Shown here: in pieces, positions 18,510 to 28,112 of the stretch
Layout of the letters: every line of letters begins with the position of its first letter
Position numbering within the stretch: the first letter of the stretch is position 1
NCBI GenBank assembly: GCA_963799035.1
Contig: CAWCVS010000011.1
Span: 9,096-73,095 of the forward strand
Length of the DNA stretch: 64,000 nucleotides
Direction: 5' to 3'
From: an uncultured Acidobacteriaceae bacterium
GTDB taxonomy: Bacteria; Acidobacteriota; Terriglobia; Terriglobales; Acidobacteriaceae
Translations under genes and position numbers: made by a program
The notes under the pieces: generated by a model
Seen by the model: only the letters and a program-made list of their open reading frames with translations
What the model was told of the DNA's origin: nothing
Databases searched by the model: none

Positions 18510-20123
18510 ATGCTGCGCTTTGTCTTCGCACTGTTCCTGGCCTTGGTTCTTACACCGGCAGTCCGGGTGGAATGTGCACGACAGCACCATCATGTGTCGG
18601 GCCAGCCCGAGCAGATGGGAACAGTCCAGTTCGGCACGTCATGCAGTCCTGAGGTGCGTGACGAATTCGATTTGGCGGTGGCAACTTTACATTCCTTTGG
18701 CTACCGGAAGTCTACGGAGTTATTTGCAGACGTCCTGAGCAAAGATCCCGAGTGCAGCATGGCAGAGTGGGGCATTGCGATGAGCCACTACCGCCAATTG
18801 TGGGATCCGCCGACGGAGGACGATCTGAGGATCGGCCTGGAAGCCGCTCAAAAAGGTCTGTCGATGAGGCCGAAGACTCAAAGAGAACGCGACTATCTGA
18901 GCGCGATTCAAGGTTTCTATCAAAATGCGGGCTCAGATAGCCACAGAGTCCGAGCCAAACGGTATGAGATTGCGATGGAGTCGCTGCACAGTCGTTATCC
19001 GATGGACAAGGAAGCGGCCATCTTTTATGCCCTGTCTTTGATTGCGAATGCTCCCCACAATGACAAGACCTATGCGAACCAGAAGAAGGCGACCCAAATT
19101 CTCGAACCAATCCTTCTGCAGCAGCCGGGACATCCAGGTCTCGCGCATTACATCATCCATGCCGACGATAATCCGGCGCTGGCTCAGCAGGCTTTGAATG
19201 CGGCGCAGCGCTACTCTGAGATTGCACCGGATTCACCTCACGCCCTTCATATGCCCTCTCATATTTTTACAAGGCTTGGTTTATGGAACGAGTCCATTGC
19301 CTCAAACCTTGCCTCAGCCGCCAGCGCGCGCAAACAAAAGCTGGCTGGCGACGAGTTACACGCTCTGGATTATCTGGCCTATGCGTATCTTCAAACCGGG
19401 CGCATTACGGAAGCCCGCAAACTGACCCAACAACTCCCCGTTGTCGAACCGGGCGATGCAGCCAGATATGCCGGGCTCTACGCAACAGCTGCCATACCAG
19501 CCCGATATTGGATCGAGCGTCAGCAGTGGGGCGCAGCCGCGGCGCTTCCTCTGCCTTCGCAGAACTCGCCAGGAGACGCATATGCGTCGACTGAGGCGAC
19601 TCTCTATTTCGCCCGCGCACTTGGCGCAGCCAGGTTCGGGGACATCAACGCGGCGCAGGCAGCAATGCAACCGCTGCTCTCGTTGCGCGACGCACTCGCG
19701 AAGAGCGGCGATGATGATGCAAATCAGGTGAATATTCAATTGAAGATTGTCACTGCCTGGATCAAGTGGGCTGAAGGTGCTCACAGTGCCGCCATTCAAG
19801 AGATGAGAACAGCCGCAGCAATGGAAGATGCAACCGAAAAATCGCCTGTCAGTCCGGGCTCCATCGCTCCCGCGCCGGAGTTGCTGGGCGATATGTTGCT
19901 TTTGGCAAAGCAGCCGAAGCTCGCGTTGGCGGCCTATGAATCGGCCCTGAAATCCACGCCGGGACGCCTCAGAGCGGAATACGGCGCCGCTGTTTCTGCC
20001 CAGGAGGCAGGACTGCGGCCTGCTGCGGAGCAGCATTACCGCAGGTTGCTCATTAACTGCAGCCACGCCGATTCAAATCTTCCGGAACTCGCGCAGGCAA
20101 ATCACTTTTTCGGCAAAGACTAG
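18510..20123 (+). CDS. Secreted TPR-like protein
   Basis: Signal peptide; GTVQFGTSC, HPGLAHYIIH, PHALHMPSHIFTRLG. Confidence 0.82.
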   Translation: MLRFVFALFLALVLTPAVRVECARQHHHVSGQPEQMGTVQFGTSCSPEVRDEFDLAVATLHSFGYRKSTELFADVLSKDPECSMAEWGIAMSHYRQLWDPPTEDDLRIGLEAAQKGLSMRPKTQRERDYLSAIQGFYQNAGSDSHRVRAKRYEIAMESLHSRYPMDKEAAIFYALSLIANAPHNDKTYANQKKATQILEPILLQQPGHPGLAHYIIHADDNPALAQQALNAAQRYSEIAPDSPHALHMPSHIFTRLGLWNESIASNLASAASARKQKLAGDELHALDYLAYAYLQTGRITEARKLTQQLPVVEPGDAARYAGLYATAAIPARYWIERQQWGAAAALPLPSQNSPGDAYASTEATLYFARALGAARFGDINAAQAAMQPLLSLRDALAKSGDDDANQVNIQLKIVTAWIKWAEGAHSAAIQEMRTAAAMEDATEKSPVSPGSIAPAPELLGDMLLLAKQPKLALAAYESALKSTPGRLRAEYGAAVSAQEAGLRPAAEQHYRRLLINCSHADSNLPELAQANHFFGKD

Positions 20124-20237
20124 CATCTGCTTCGATTTGGTCCCAACGAAACTCCGGGTCGCAAACACGGAACATCGGCTTGCAACCGCTTGGCACTTTC
20201 GGCACCAGCGGGCTGAAGACCTCTCTCGCGATTTAGA

Positions 20238-20954
20238 GTGTTTGGTAACACAGGAGATTTGCTCTTGGACGGCTCAACAGCGTTCACGGTGTTACGAGTT
20301 GCGGCAGTGACGGCAGGGACACTCTACCTCGCAATGCAGGTAAAGAAGCCGTCACGATTTGTGGGACGTGTGTTTACGCGGCTGATGAACAGTAGTCACT
20401 CGGCCCTCACTGACTGGGCACTGAGCCATCTCAGCGTTGACAAAGATGCAAAGGTACTCGATGTGGGATGCGGAGGCGGCAGAACGATCGAAAAGCTGGC
20501 ACACAGCGCGGACTCGGTATACGGAATTGATTACGCCGCAGGAAGTGTCGCCGGGTCGCGTGCGCACAACCGAAGCCTCATCGCGGAAGGCAGAGTGCAC
20601 GTTGAACGTGCTTCGGTGTCGCAGTTGCCATTTGCCGACAACTTCTTCGATATCGTTACGGCAATCGAGACGCAATACTATTGGCCGGATTTGGGACATG
20701 ACATGCGCGAAGTTCTTCGCGTTCTAAAGCCGGGCGGACGCCTGATGATCGTAGCCGAGTCGTACAAGGGGGCGCGGAATGACTGGCTTGTGGGCTCGGT
20801 GATGAAGGCTATCGGCTCGAATCGACTTAGCGTCGAAGAGGAACGGACATTGTTTCAGGCTGCCGGATTCACATCGGTAGAAGTGTTTGAAGAACTTAGC
20901 AAGGGGTGGCTTTGTGCCATCGGACAGAAGCCGCTGGTAAATCAGGCAAGATGA
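20238..20954 (+). CDS. Class I SAM-dependent methyltransferase
   Basis: VLDVGCGGG, LPFADNFFD, RVLKPGG. Confidence 0.9.
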   Translation: MFGNTGDLLLDGSTAFTVLRVAAVTAGTLYLAMQVKKPSRFVGRVFTRLMNSSHSALTDWALSHLSVDKDAKVLDVGCGGGRTIEKLAHSADSVYGIDYAAGSVAGSRAHNRSLIAEGRVHVERASVSQLPFADNFFDIVTAIETQYYWPDLGHDMREVLRVLKPGGRLMIVAESYKGARNDWLVGSVMKAIGSNRLSVEEERTLFQAAGFTSVEVFEELSKGWLCAIGQKPLVNQAR

Positions 20955-21152
20955 TGAATCCCGCCATGGTTTGAAAAGGGACTCGACGGGCCGCGCCATG
21001 GTCGTTGCCGAGCGACCGCCGACTCTTCCCCCACCAGGTACGTGGCCGTCACTGGCCAGCACTGGGAAGGCGAAGGAAGGGCATAGGGAAGAGTTGGCCA
21101 CGATACGCTCACAAGAGTGTCTTAGAGTTGAGTTTTGAGGACGTCTCGATCT

Positions 21153-21890
21153 TTATGTGAGACGCTCTGCAAGCATACTGATCAACGGAAGGCGAAATTG
21201 CTTATGCTGTGCCGCTTGGGATAGGGCAATGAAGTAGCAAACAAAAATCACCAGAAATGCCACGCCAGAAACGTCGCCCAGCCATCCTTTTCGCGACACG
21301 TTGCACAGTCCCCCGAGCGCAAATAGGATCAGGCACTGAATGCAATGGAAGCGCAAAAACGCATTCTGCCGATTGCGCGCTCGGGTGAATAGGTACACAA
21401 CGGGAAAAACAACTCCCCATGCATAACAGATTCCGGCATTCGGTAGATCCTCACCGAGGCGGTCGCGCCTCGCGTCCGTCGCTGGCCTTTCGGGCTGCGG
21501 CGCAATGAAAGCAATCAACCCTAACAGACAGATGGCCCAGTGAACCCAAACACCTTGCCGGTGAATTTGATACCAGTAGCTTGGATCCTGGTACCAAAAC
21601 AGGCTGACGATGCTTGCGGTAATTCCCCAAATCCTAGACGATGCTTTTTCTTCCCAAGTCGTCCACCACGCGACTCCAAGCGCGAATATGACAATGAAAT
21701 AAAACGCGCAGACTTCAACGACCGTAAGCAATGGCGAAGCCTCGCCACCGAGGATGAAAGGCTGTCCGTATTGTGGCGGGTAGTGAGTGATCCAGACCAC
21801 GCTCGCGAAGAAGAAACACTCAATCGCGAAGATCCAAGCCATGATCTTACGGAGTATCTCCACCGGATACCTTTTCTCTCCGACCCTCAA
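21153..21890 (-). CDS. Membrane protein with C-terminal DUF4870-like domain
   Basis: Multiple TM helices; AGICY...FLRFHCIQ...FRLPLI. Confidence 0.6.
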   Translation of the reverse strand: MRVGEKRYPVEILRKIMAWIFAIECFFFASVVWITHYPPQYGQPFILGGEASPLLTVVEVCAFYFIVIFALGVAWWTTWEEKASSRIWGITASIVSLFWYQDPSYWYQIHRQGVWVHWAICLLGLIAFIAPQPERPATDARRDRLGEDLPNAGICYAWGVVFPVVYLFTRARNRQNAFLRFHCIQCLILFALGGLCNVSRKGWLGDVSGVAFLVIFVCYFIALSQAAQHKQFRLPLISMLAERLT

Positions 21891-22016
21891 CTTGTCGTTA
21901 GTGGACCACAGGATACTGCACGGAGGGGTTCCGAGCGAATTACCGCCTATCCAGAAATAACTCCAATATCAGGTTGCTTTTCGTTTGCCACACCATCCGC
22001 CTTGGGCCGTCTTCCG

Positions 22017-22568
22017 CTAGAACCGATAATCGGGCGGTTTGATGCCTTTCACGCGCAAATAAACTTCTGCCTGGCCGCGATGGTGCGCCGTGTGCGTGAA
22101 GTATGCCCATAGCCATTCGAATCCGGTCATGTTACGCCCAGGCGGACCGACTATTGTGTCCATTCGCTCTGGAGTCATTGCCGCCACGGCCTTATCGCAG
22201 AAATCGAACGATTCCTTCAGGAATGGCACCGCAGTCTCTTTCGAAACCTCTGCCTTCGTGGTCGCCTTGCTCCATTCGACGATCTTTGGCGGTAGCTCCG
22301 GCTTTGGAAGACCGCTGGCAATGGCGCAGGCATTTTCATTGATGGCAGCAATATGCGCCATCAACTCGCCGAAGCTCATCTCAACGGGATTTGGCCGGAA
22401 GTCGTAGCTGTCTACGGGCATGGTGTCGGCCACGGCGATGGTAAGTTCTCCAGAAGTCCTCCAATGTTTTGCGAGCGTGTCCTTCAAATTGCTTTGAGCG
22501 AGGACCGGAATTGGGAGCACACAAAGTACCAGCGCAAGCCGCATAGCCAACTTTATCTTCATCTGCAA
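22017..22568 (-). CDS. Secreted DinB-family protein
   Basis: Signal peptide; YDFRP, SFGELMAHIA, HTAHHRGQAEVYLRVKGIKPP. Confidence 0.88.
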   Translation of the reverse strand: MQMKIKLAMRLALVLCVLPIPVLAQSNLKDTLAKHWRTSGELTIAVADTMPVDSYDFRPNPVEMSFGELMAHIAAINENACAIASGLPKPELPPKIVEWSKATTKAEVSKETAVPFLKESFDFCDKAVAAMTPERMDTIVGPPGRNMTGFEWLWAYFTHTAHHRGQAEVYLRVKGIKPPDYRF

Positions 22569-22677
22569 TCCCCTTTTGAGAATCGATTCGCTGTGATTTT
22601 ACAGCCTCCCATGAGTGGGCCAGGACTCGACCGCGACGCGATTCGCGGATGCTGGGGCGTTTATCAGGACAAATGCT

Positions 22678-23253
22678 TCACTTCTTGGGCCGCGACTCCG
22701 GCGGCACAAGACCTGCGAGGCGGTAGTACACAACGAGCTGGCCGTAGTGTTCCCCGCTATGTTCGATGATGCCGTAGGCTATGTCGAGAACGCGAGATTT
22801 CTGCCCAGGAAAATAAACAACCTCCGTCGTCATGCCTTTTTCGCCTTTCGCCTGGATGGCGGTTGCGCCATCGGCAAAGGATTTCTTGACGAACGCAACG
22901 ATGTCCGCCTTTGACTTGTATTGGTCGCGCTTCGGATCTTCTGCCGCGGGAGGCTTCTGCCCCATCGCAGCATTCGTGAAGTAGTAGCATGAGCCCGCCG
23001 CGTGCAGCAACTGCTCGGCGAAGCTCCGCTGCTCAGGTGTCGGCTTGAAGTCGTATTTGTCCTCGGGAAAATCTTCGGCCATCGCCGTCAGCTTGCGGCC
23101 AATCTCATTCCAGGAATCGAGCACGACTTTCCATTCTGGATCGGCAGGTTTGATGGCTGCATCTTTCTTAATCGCGTCCTGGGCATGCGCGGGAAATGCG
23201 AATGCCAGCAGGACGATAGCGAGAAACGGTATTCTTTTCATTTCTTTCTCCAT
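22678..23253 (-). CDS. Secreted DinB-family protein
   Basis: Signal peptide; YDFKPTPEQRSFAEQLLH, EHSGEHYGQLVVYYRLAGLVPP. Confidence 0.88.
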   Translation of the reverse strand: MEKEMKRIPFLAIVLLAFAFPAHAQDAIKKDAAIKPADPEWKVVLDSWNEIGRKLTAMAEDFPEDKYDFKPTPEQRSFAEQLLHAAGSCYYFTNAAMGQKPPAAEDPKRDQYKSKADIVAFVKKSFADGATAIQAKGEKGMTTEVVYFPGQKSRVLDIAYGIIEHSGEHYGQLVVYYRLAGLVPPESRPKK

Positions 23254-23413
23254 GATTGAGTTTCGCGAATCAAAGCTTCAACTTCTTATTTCGCCTGCGC
23301 AAGAGCATTTTTCCGAATACTCGAAGACTTTTTGAGAGTAGTGAAAGGTGGCTATTTCCTGAGAAAATAGCCACTTGAGTGCGTGCTTTCGGTCTACACC
23401 AATTCCGAAAATG

Positions 23414-23911
23414 CTAGAGCTCCGCAACAACTGCGGCAACTTTCTCGAGTGTCTCCTTCCAGCCCTCGAGTTGACCGCTGTTCTTCGCGCTCTCCATGGG
23501 TTCATTGCCAATGTAGGTGAGCTTTGTCTGGCCGTTTCCGAGATCCTCAAAGAGGGTCACATCGTACGCACCCTCGATGGCCTCATCTTCCATTCCTAAT
23601 TCCGCAGGCTCGATCTTGTTTCCCTCCGAGTCGGAGAAGTACATGGAGGAAACGATCTTCTCGTGCAGAACAATCTCGTGGTATTCAATCGCATTCCAGC
23701 CCTCGTACCCATCCGGCGTCTTCATGCAGAGGAGAGACTTTCCTCCAACTCGAACATCCATCTTGCAAACAGGCGAGGTAAAGCCCTTCGGTCCCCACCA
23801 CTGCATCACGTACTTCGGGTCTGTCCACGCCTTCCAGACCAATTCGCGTGGGGCATTAAAAACTCTTGTGACAACCATCCGCTCTGTCTCGTTAACCGTG
23901 TTCTTTGTCAT
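23414..23911 (-). CDS. SRPBCC/AHSA1-domain protein
   Basis: RVFNAPRELVWKAWTDP, WWGPKGF, GWKETLEK. Confidence 0.9.
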   Translation of the reverse strand: MTKNTVNETERMVVTRVFNAPRELVWKAWTDPKYVMQWWGPKGFTSPVCKMDVRVGGKSLLCMKTPDGYEGWNAIEYHEIVLHEKIVSSMYFSDSEGNKIEPAELGMEDEAIEGAYDVTLFEDLGNGQTKLTYIGNEPMESAKNSGQLEGWKETLEKVAAVVAEL

Positions 23912-24245
23912 CCCTGACCTCCGCTTTTTTCATTTGCTTCACAACCACATCCAGCTTGTCGAAACTCTCTTCCCAGAATCGGCGATAGCTCATCGCCCAG
24001 TCGCTGACTGTCTTTATGGCCTCCGGCCTAAGCGTGCACACACTCTCTCGTCCACGCTTCGCCTTGATCACAATTCGCGCTCGCACCAGGTAGGCAATAT
24101 GTTTTGAAATCATCTGCTGCGAAAGTGCAAACGGCTCCGTCAATCCATGCACAGAGGCAGGCCCATGGCTGAGTCGTTCAATCATTGCCCTGCGGGTGGG
24201 ATCAGACAAAGCCGCAAATGTTGTACCCAATTAATCCACAACCAT
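23892..24245 (-). CDS. ArsR/SmtB-family regulator (in-frame TAA at codon 5, or TTG start at 24230)
   Basis: FAALSDPTRRAMIERL...ISKHIAYL...KRGRE; upstream in-frame ATG GTT GTG GAT TAA TTG. Confidence 0.85.
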
Positions 24246-24273
24246 ATGGTAGTGGATTGTCTGTTATTGTCAA
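24233..24273 (-). promoter_or_regulatory. ArsR promoter with overlapping palindromic operator
   Basis: TTGACA-N16-TACCAT (minus strand); inverted repeat aatccac-a-accatatggt-a-gtggatt. Confidence 0.65.
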
Positions 24274-24349
24274 GTGTGATTAAAGTGAACAGCCATCTCG
24301 TTAAAACCAGATGCAAAGAGCTTCATCACACGCACAGTACGCACAGTGT

Positions 24350-25155
24350 CTATCGATAGCTGAAGAGGATCGCATTGCTGCGCCCGCTGGAGTTCGAGAC
24401 GGAGGCTTCATACCAATGAAGTCGTGGAACGAGGCTCTCACCCTCAGGCTCGGGCGCCGCGAAGGTTAGCATCTTGCCGTCGGGCGATGCCAGGCCGGAG
24501 ATCGTAGCCCCGCCAATCTGCACCGTATTTCCAGAGAGTGCGAAACCACTGCCGACCACCGTAATCGTTTCACCTGCGCGGATGAGGTTGTTCGGGTAGA
24601 GGAGCCGGATGGAGACGGCACGTAGTTCAGGCACCTTGACACTGAATGGAACCGGCTGCGTGAAGACGTCTTCTGCCCGGATTTGGATGTGGTAGCTTGC
24701 CGGGAGGCAACGGCACGCCACAAAATTCGGTCGGATGGCCAGAAGCAGGCGGACAGTCGCTGAGTTCCGAGGTGTTCGCGGAAACAGGAACACACCACTC
24801 ATGAATATCGATTCTCCCGGGGGGGACAGCTAATGAGTTGGAGAGAGGCGGGAACCCGGAAGGTCATCGAATGACCATCAGCCGCAACCTCTGGTGCGGC
24901 TATGAAGTTATTGGGATATTCGCTGAAGAATACCTCCTGCTGGTTGAACTGTTTGAAGCCGCTGCCGTAAATGGTGACTGTAGAGCCCGCTGCGGCCGCC
25001 GCAGGAACGATCTTCGAGACGACGATGGGAGGCTTGAGGTGCAGGGTATCGAGCATAGCCGCGACTTCGCGCAATACTTGCATGAGTTCCGGTGCGCCCC
25101 AGCGCGGAAGTGCATTCCAACCCGTCCCGGCCTTTCGGAGGCGTAGATTCGGCAT
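24350..25155 (-). pseudogene. IPT/TIG-domain protein, fragmented
   Basis: Two TIG-like units (GSTVTIYGSGF; GETITVVGSGF) in different frames; no clear N-terminus. Confidence 0.55.
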
Positions 25156-25337
25156 ACTGACGAGTTAGCCACAATACGGCTGAACTCGCTTTGCTGTGGT
25201 CTCAGTGGCCCGACGAAGGACTGGCGCTAGATGTTCCACACGTTAAGAGCAGCACGAAATGGGGCGCCTTGAAATAAAAGTAGAAACCTGCCGATAGGGT
25301 GGGCGGACGACTGTCAATCCAGGTGCCATCAGAAAGT

Positions 25338-25814
25338 GTGCCAATTTCCGTGCAATTGCTGGAACATATTATCTATGCGAGCGTTGGAACTCAGCATTTC
25401 GGATCATCCGAGTTAGCCGAACTACTGCAAAAGTCTCGCGCTTCGAATGAACGCCTCGGCCTGACTGGGATGCTGTTGCACTGCAATTCAGACGGCAGTT
25501 TCTTTCAGGTTCTTGAAGGTGAACCTGCGGCGCTTGACCAGCTCTTTCAAAAGATTCTTCTGGATAAGCGCCATTCACACGTGACCCTGATAATCAGGGA
25601 GTCGATAGCCAAGCGATCCTTTGCGGAATGGAGTATGGGCTTCTCCGGGATTTCGCAGGCTAAGCTCAGAAAGATCCCGGGCTTCAACGACTTTTTCCGA
25701 AAGGGCTCCAGCTTCACAGAGCTTGATTCCGGCCGTGCGAAGAAGCTCTTGGTAGCATTTTCGGAAGGCTATTGGCGCCCGAAGCATCTGGGCGCAACGT
25801 GGACAGCTGCCTGA
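25338..25814 (+). CDS. Stand-alone BLUF blue-light sensor
   Basis: IIYAS (Tyr), SRASNERLGLTGMLL, FFQVLEG (Gln), DKRH, RSFAEWSMG. Confidence 0.9.
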   Translation: MPISVQLLEHIIYASVGTQHFGSSELAELLQKSRASNERLGLTGMLLHCNSDGSFFQVLEGEPAALDQLFQKILLDKRHSHVTLIIRESIAKRSFAEWSMGFSGISQAKLRKIPGFNDFFRKGSSFTELDSGRAKKLLVAFSEGYWRPKHLGATWTAA

Positions 25815-25964
25815 GCGGGTGAGTCGTGCCTCACAGGTCGCGAGTTGATTCGCGTATATTCATTAAACCTCAACTTTCAGTTGGGTGATTCACTTCAGAT
25901 GAGGAATACATGTCGCGCGAAGAATGAGCGCGTGGCTGGCGATGATGGCTACGTTTTGCCTCTC

Positions 25965-26120
25965 GTCCCTCAAATCAATCAGTCAACCCTAGAAAACTGT
26001 CATTCCGACCGGACCCTGACCCTGAGCGAAGCCGAAGGGGAAGGGGTAGTGGAGGAACCTGCAGTTGTTCCTCGGTTGGTCCAGATCGGAGATACTTCCT
26101 AGTGGCCCACGACACAACCG
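25965..26120. repeat. Family-B repeat, copy 3
   Basis: Near-identical to the 18250 copy, including the downstream tccagatcggagatacttcc. Confidence 0.92.
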
Positions 26121-26170
26121 CAGCTCTGCCTTGAAGGGAGAAGACACTGGTTTCCAGCGATAATCAGAAA

Positions 26171-26728
26171 ATGGAATTTGCGAAGGGCCAGTTGAGAACA
26201 GCGCCACTAAGTGTCCTTCTGGTTCTCCTATTTATTCAGGTTTCAAGTGGGATGTGCTTTGCTCAAAGCACACAGACCAACGGGAATTCTGAGTGTGACG
26301 GAGACACCGTTGACAGCATGGGGCGTGAGATCGCAACCCAATCGCGAGTTTTCCTCGCAATGCTTGGCAAAGCAGTTCAAGTTGGCGATCAGAGACAGGT
26401 CGCTTCGATGCTTCGGTACCCGATTGATGTGCATATCGCAGACAAGAAGTTTCCTGTTCATAATCCGCAAGAGTTCCTAAAGAATTATAGATTGCCGCAG
26501 TCTTCGAATGAAATCGGCCGCCTCGCTTCGATAAAACGGTCAGCGATACTTAATGAGGAATCTTCGCGAGATGCAGGCTTACCGGATTCACCAATGCATG
26601 TAGCACAGAGCTGTCATGGATTGGCGATAGGAGAATGTGGTTTAAACAGATTTCGTCGGAAGTCTTCAAGGTCACGACTTTTAACCTCGAGCGAGCGTTC
26701 AGAAAAGCGAGTAGTTCTATGCCTGTAA
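26171..26728 (+). CDS. Secreted hypothetical protein, probably frameshifted after ~26490
   Basis: Signal peptide; FLAMLGKAVQVGDQRQVASMLRYPI...EFLKNY, then the sequence becomes non-protein-like. Confidence 0.5.
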   Translation: MEFAKGQLRTAPLSVLLVLLFIQVSSGMCFAQSTQTNGNSECDGDTVDSMGREIATQSRVFLAMLGKAVQVGDQRQVASMLRYPIDVHIADKKFPVHNPQEFLKNYRLPQSSNEIGRLASIKRSAILNEESSRDAGLPDSPMHVAQSCHGLAIGECGLNRFRRKSSRSRLLTSSERSEKRVVLCL

Positions 26729-26977
26729 CTCCCGAATGACCGTCAACTCGGAACTAACCCCTTGATCAACATCTCAGCTTCCATCCATTTCTGCACCCGT
26801 TTCTGTCAACCTCAGTTCCCCTCCAATTCCCCGCAAGCCCCTCATTCCACGCCCAAAATAAATCCGCAAACTTTGCAGATAATTAAGCCTCAAAATTGCA
26901 CACTTGAAGTGTAGGCATCGAGAGAGACGGCTTAACCCGAATCTCGATGCCATTGTCATTTCTGAAAGGAACCACAC

Positions 26978-27366
26978 GTGTCCGATGCCGCCGCACTCAC
27001 TGAATCCCAGTTCGCAATCGTCCCCACCTCATCATCGTTAGCCGAATCGCAGCCGCCCGTTTCTCCTGCCCGATCTCTCCTGCCGTAACCCGTTGCGTCG
27101 AGGCCTACAACCGCGCCTACAAAACTGAGCGAGCCTCACGCCGCGACGAAATAGCTGCGATCAGATCTGCCAGGAGAGCCTTCCGCGCCGCGCTCCCACA
27201 GCTCGCAGGGTTCGAAAACATCCGCGACTTCATTGCCTGTATCGCCCAGGCAATACTCCTTGACGTCATCGATACCGCCGATGCCTCCAAGCTTCTCTAT
27301 GCCGCGCAGGTTGCCATCGCCGCAGCGCGCGTCCAACCCGCTTCGGTCAAGCCCCCCGCCGCCTGA
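26978..27366 (+). CDS. Small alpha-helical hypothetical protein (frameshift ~27070), not in the ORF track
   Basis: RBS gaaagg + GTG; frame from ~27076 reads SPAVTRCVEAYNRAY...LPQLAGFENIRDFIACIAQAILLDVIDTADASKLLYAAQVAIAA...PPAA*. Confidence 0.55.
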
Positions 27367-27539
27367 TCCGCGCGGTCACCACCCCCACCCCCCTCCAATA
27401 TTTGCGGTTTTCCACAAAACATTTGCAGGAATTCAGACCATGGAACTACGACCGATTCCGTCGGCCTGACAGGGTGCTGACGAAATTCTCCTTCTGAATT
27501 TTTAAAATCGTGACTGGTTCGGCCACTTGATGGTCGTTA

Positions 27540-28112
27540 CTAGCCCAGATTCGCTGCCATCCAGTCATCCCGTTTAAGCCGGTACAGCACATGACGTCGC
27601 AGCGGATGGCCCTCTGGAATTGCAGGATGATCAAAGTCGTCCCGAGGGTCATGGGTCATGCCGAGCTTTTTCATCACGCGCAACGACCGCTGATTCGCCG
27701 GAACTGTAAACGAAACAAGTTCAAGCAGCCTTTGAACTTCAAACCCGTACCGAACCAGCGCGCGAGCGCCCTCGGTTGCCAGTCCTTTGCCCCAATGTTC
27801 CCGCGCCAGCCGCCAGCCGATTTCAACGCACGGGGTGAATGCCGCTTCAAAACGTGGAATCACCAGCCCGACGTATCCGATGAACTCCTTCGACTCGCGC
27901 AATTCCGCGGCCCACGGCCCAAACCCATGCTGCGCAAGATGCGTCTCGGCGCGATCGACCAGCGCATCGCTCTCCTCCCGCGACAGCAACGCCGGAAAGT
28001 GCTCCATCACCTCCGGATCGCAATTCATCCGCGCGAACGGTTCGCGATCGCTGTCACGCCATTTCCGCAGAATCAGTCGCTCGGTTCCGATCTTCGCAGC
28101 GCCGTCCGTCAT
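27540..28112 (-). CDS. GNAT N-acetyltransferase (RimJ/RimL type)
   Basis: TERLILRKW, VEIGWRL...WGKGLATE, NQRSLRVMKKLGM. Confidence 0.9.
   Translation of the reverse strand: MTDGAAKIGTERLILRKWRDSDREPFARMNCDPEVMEHFPALLSREESDALVDRAETHLAQHGFGPWAAELRESKEFIGYVGLVIPRFEAAFTPCVEIGWRLAREHWGKGLATEGARALVRYGFEVQRLLELVSFTVPANQRSLRVMKKLGMTHDPRDDFDHPAIPEGHPLRRHVLYRLKRDDWMAANLG

Noticed and set aside
16900-27400. Integron cassette array
   Set aside because: No integrase, mixed gene orientation and no recognisable attC (RYYYAAC...GTTRRRY) structures.
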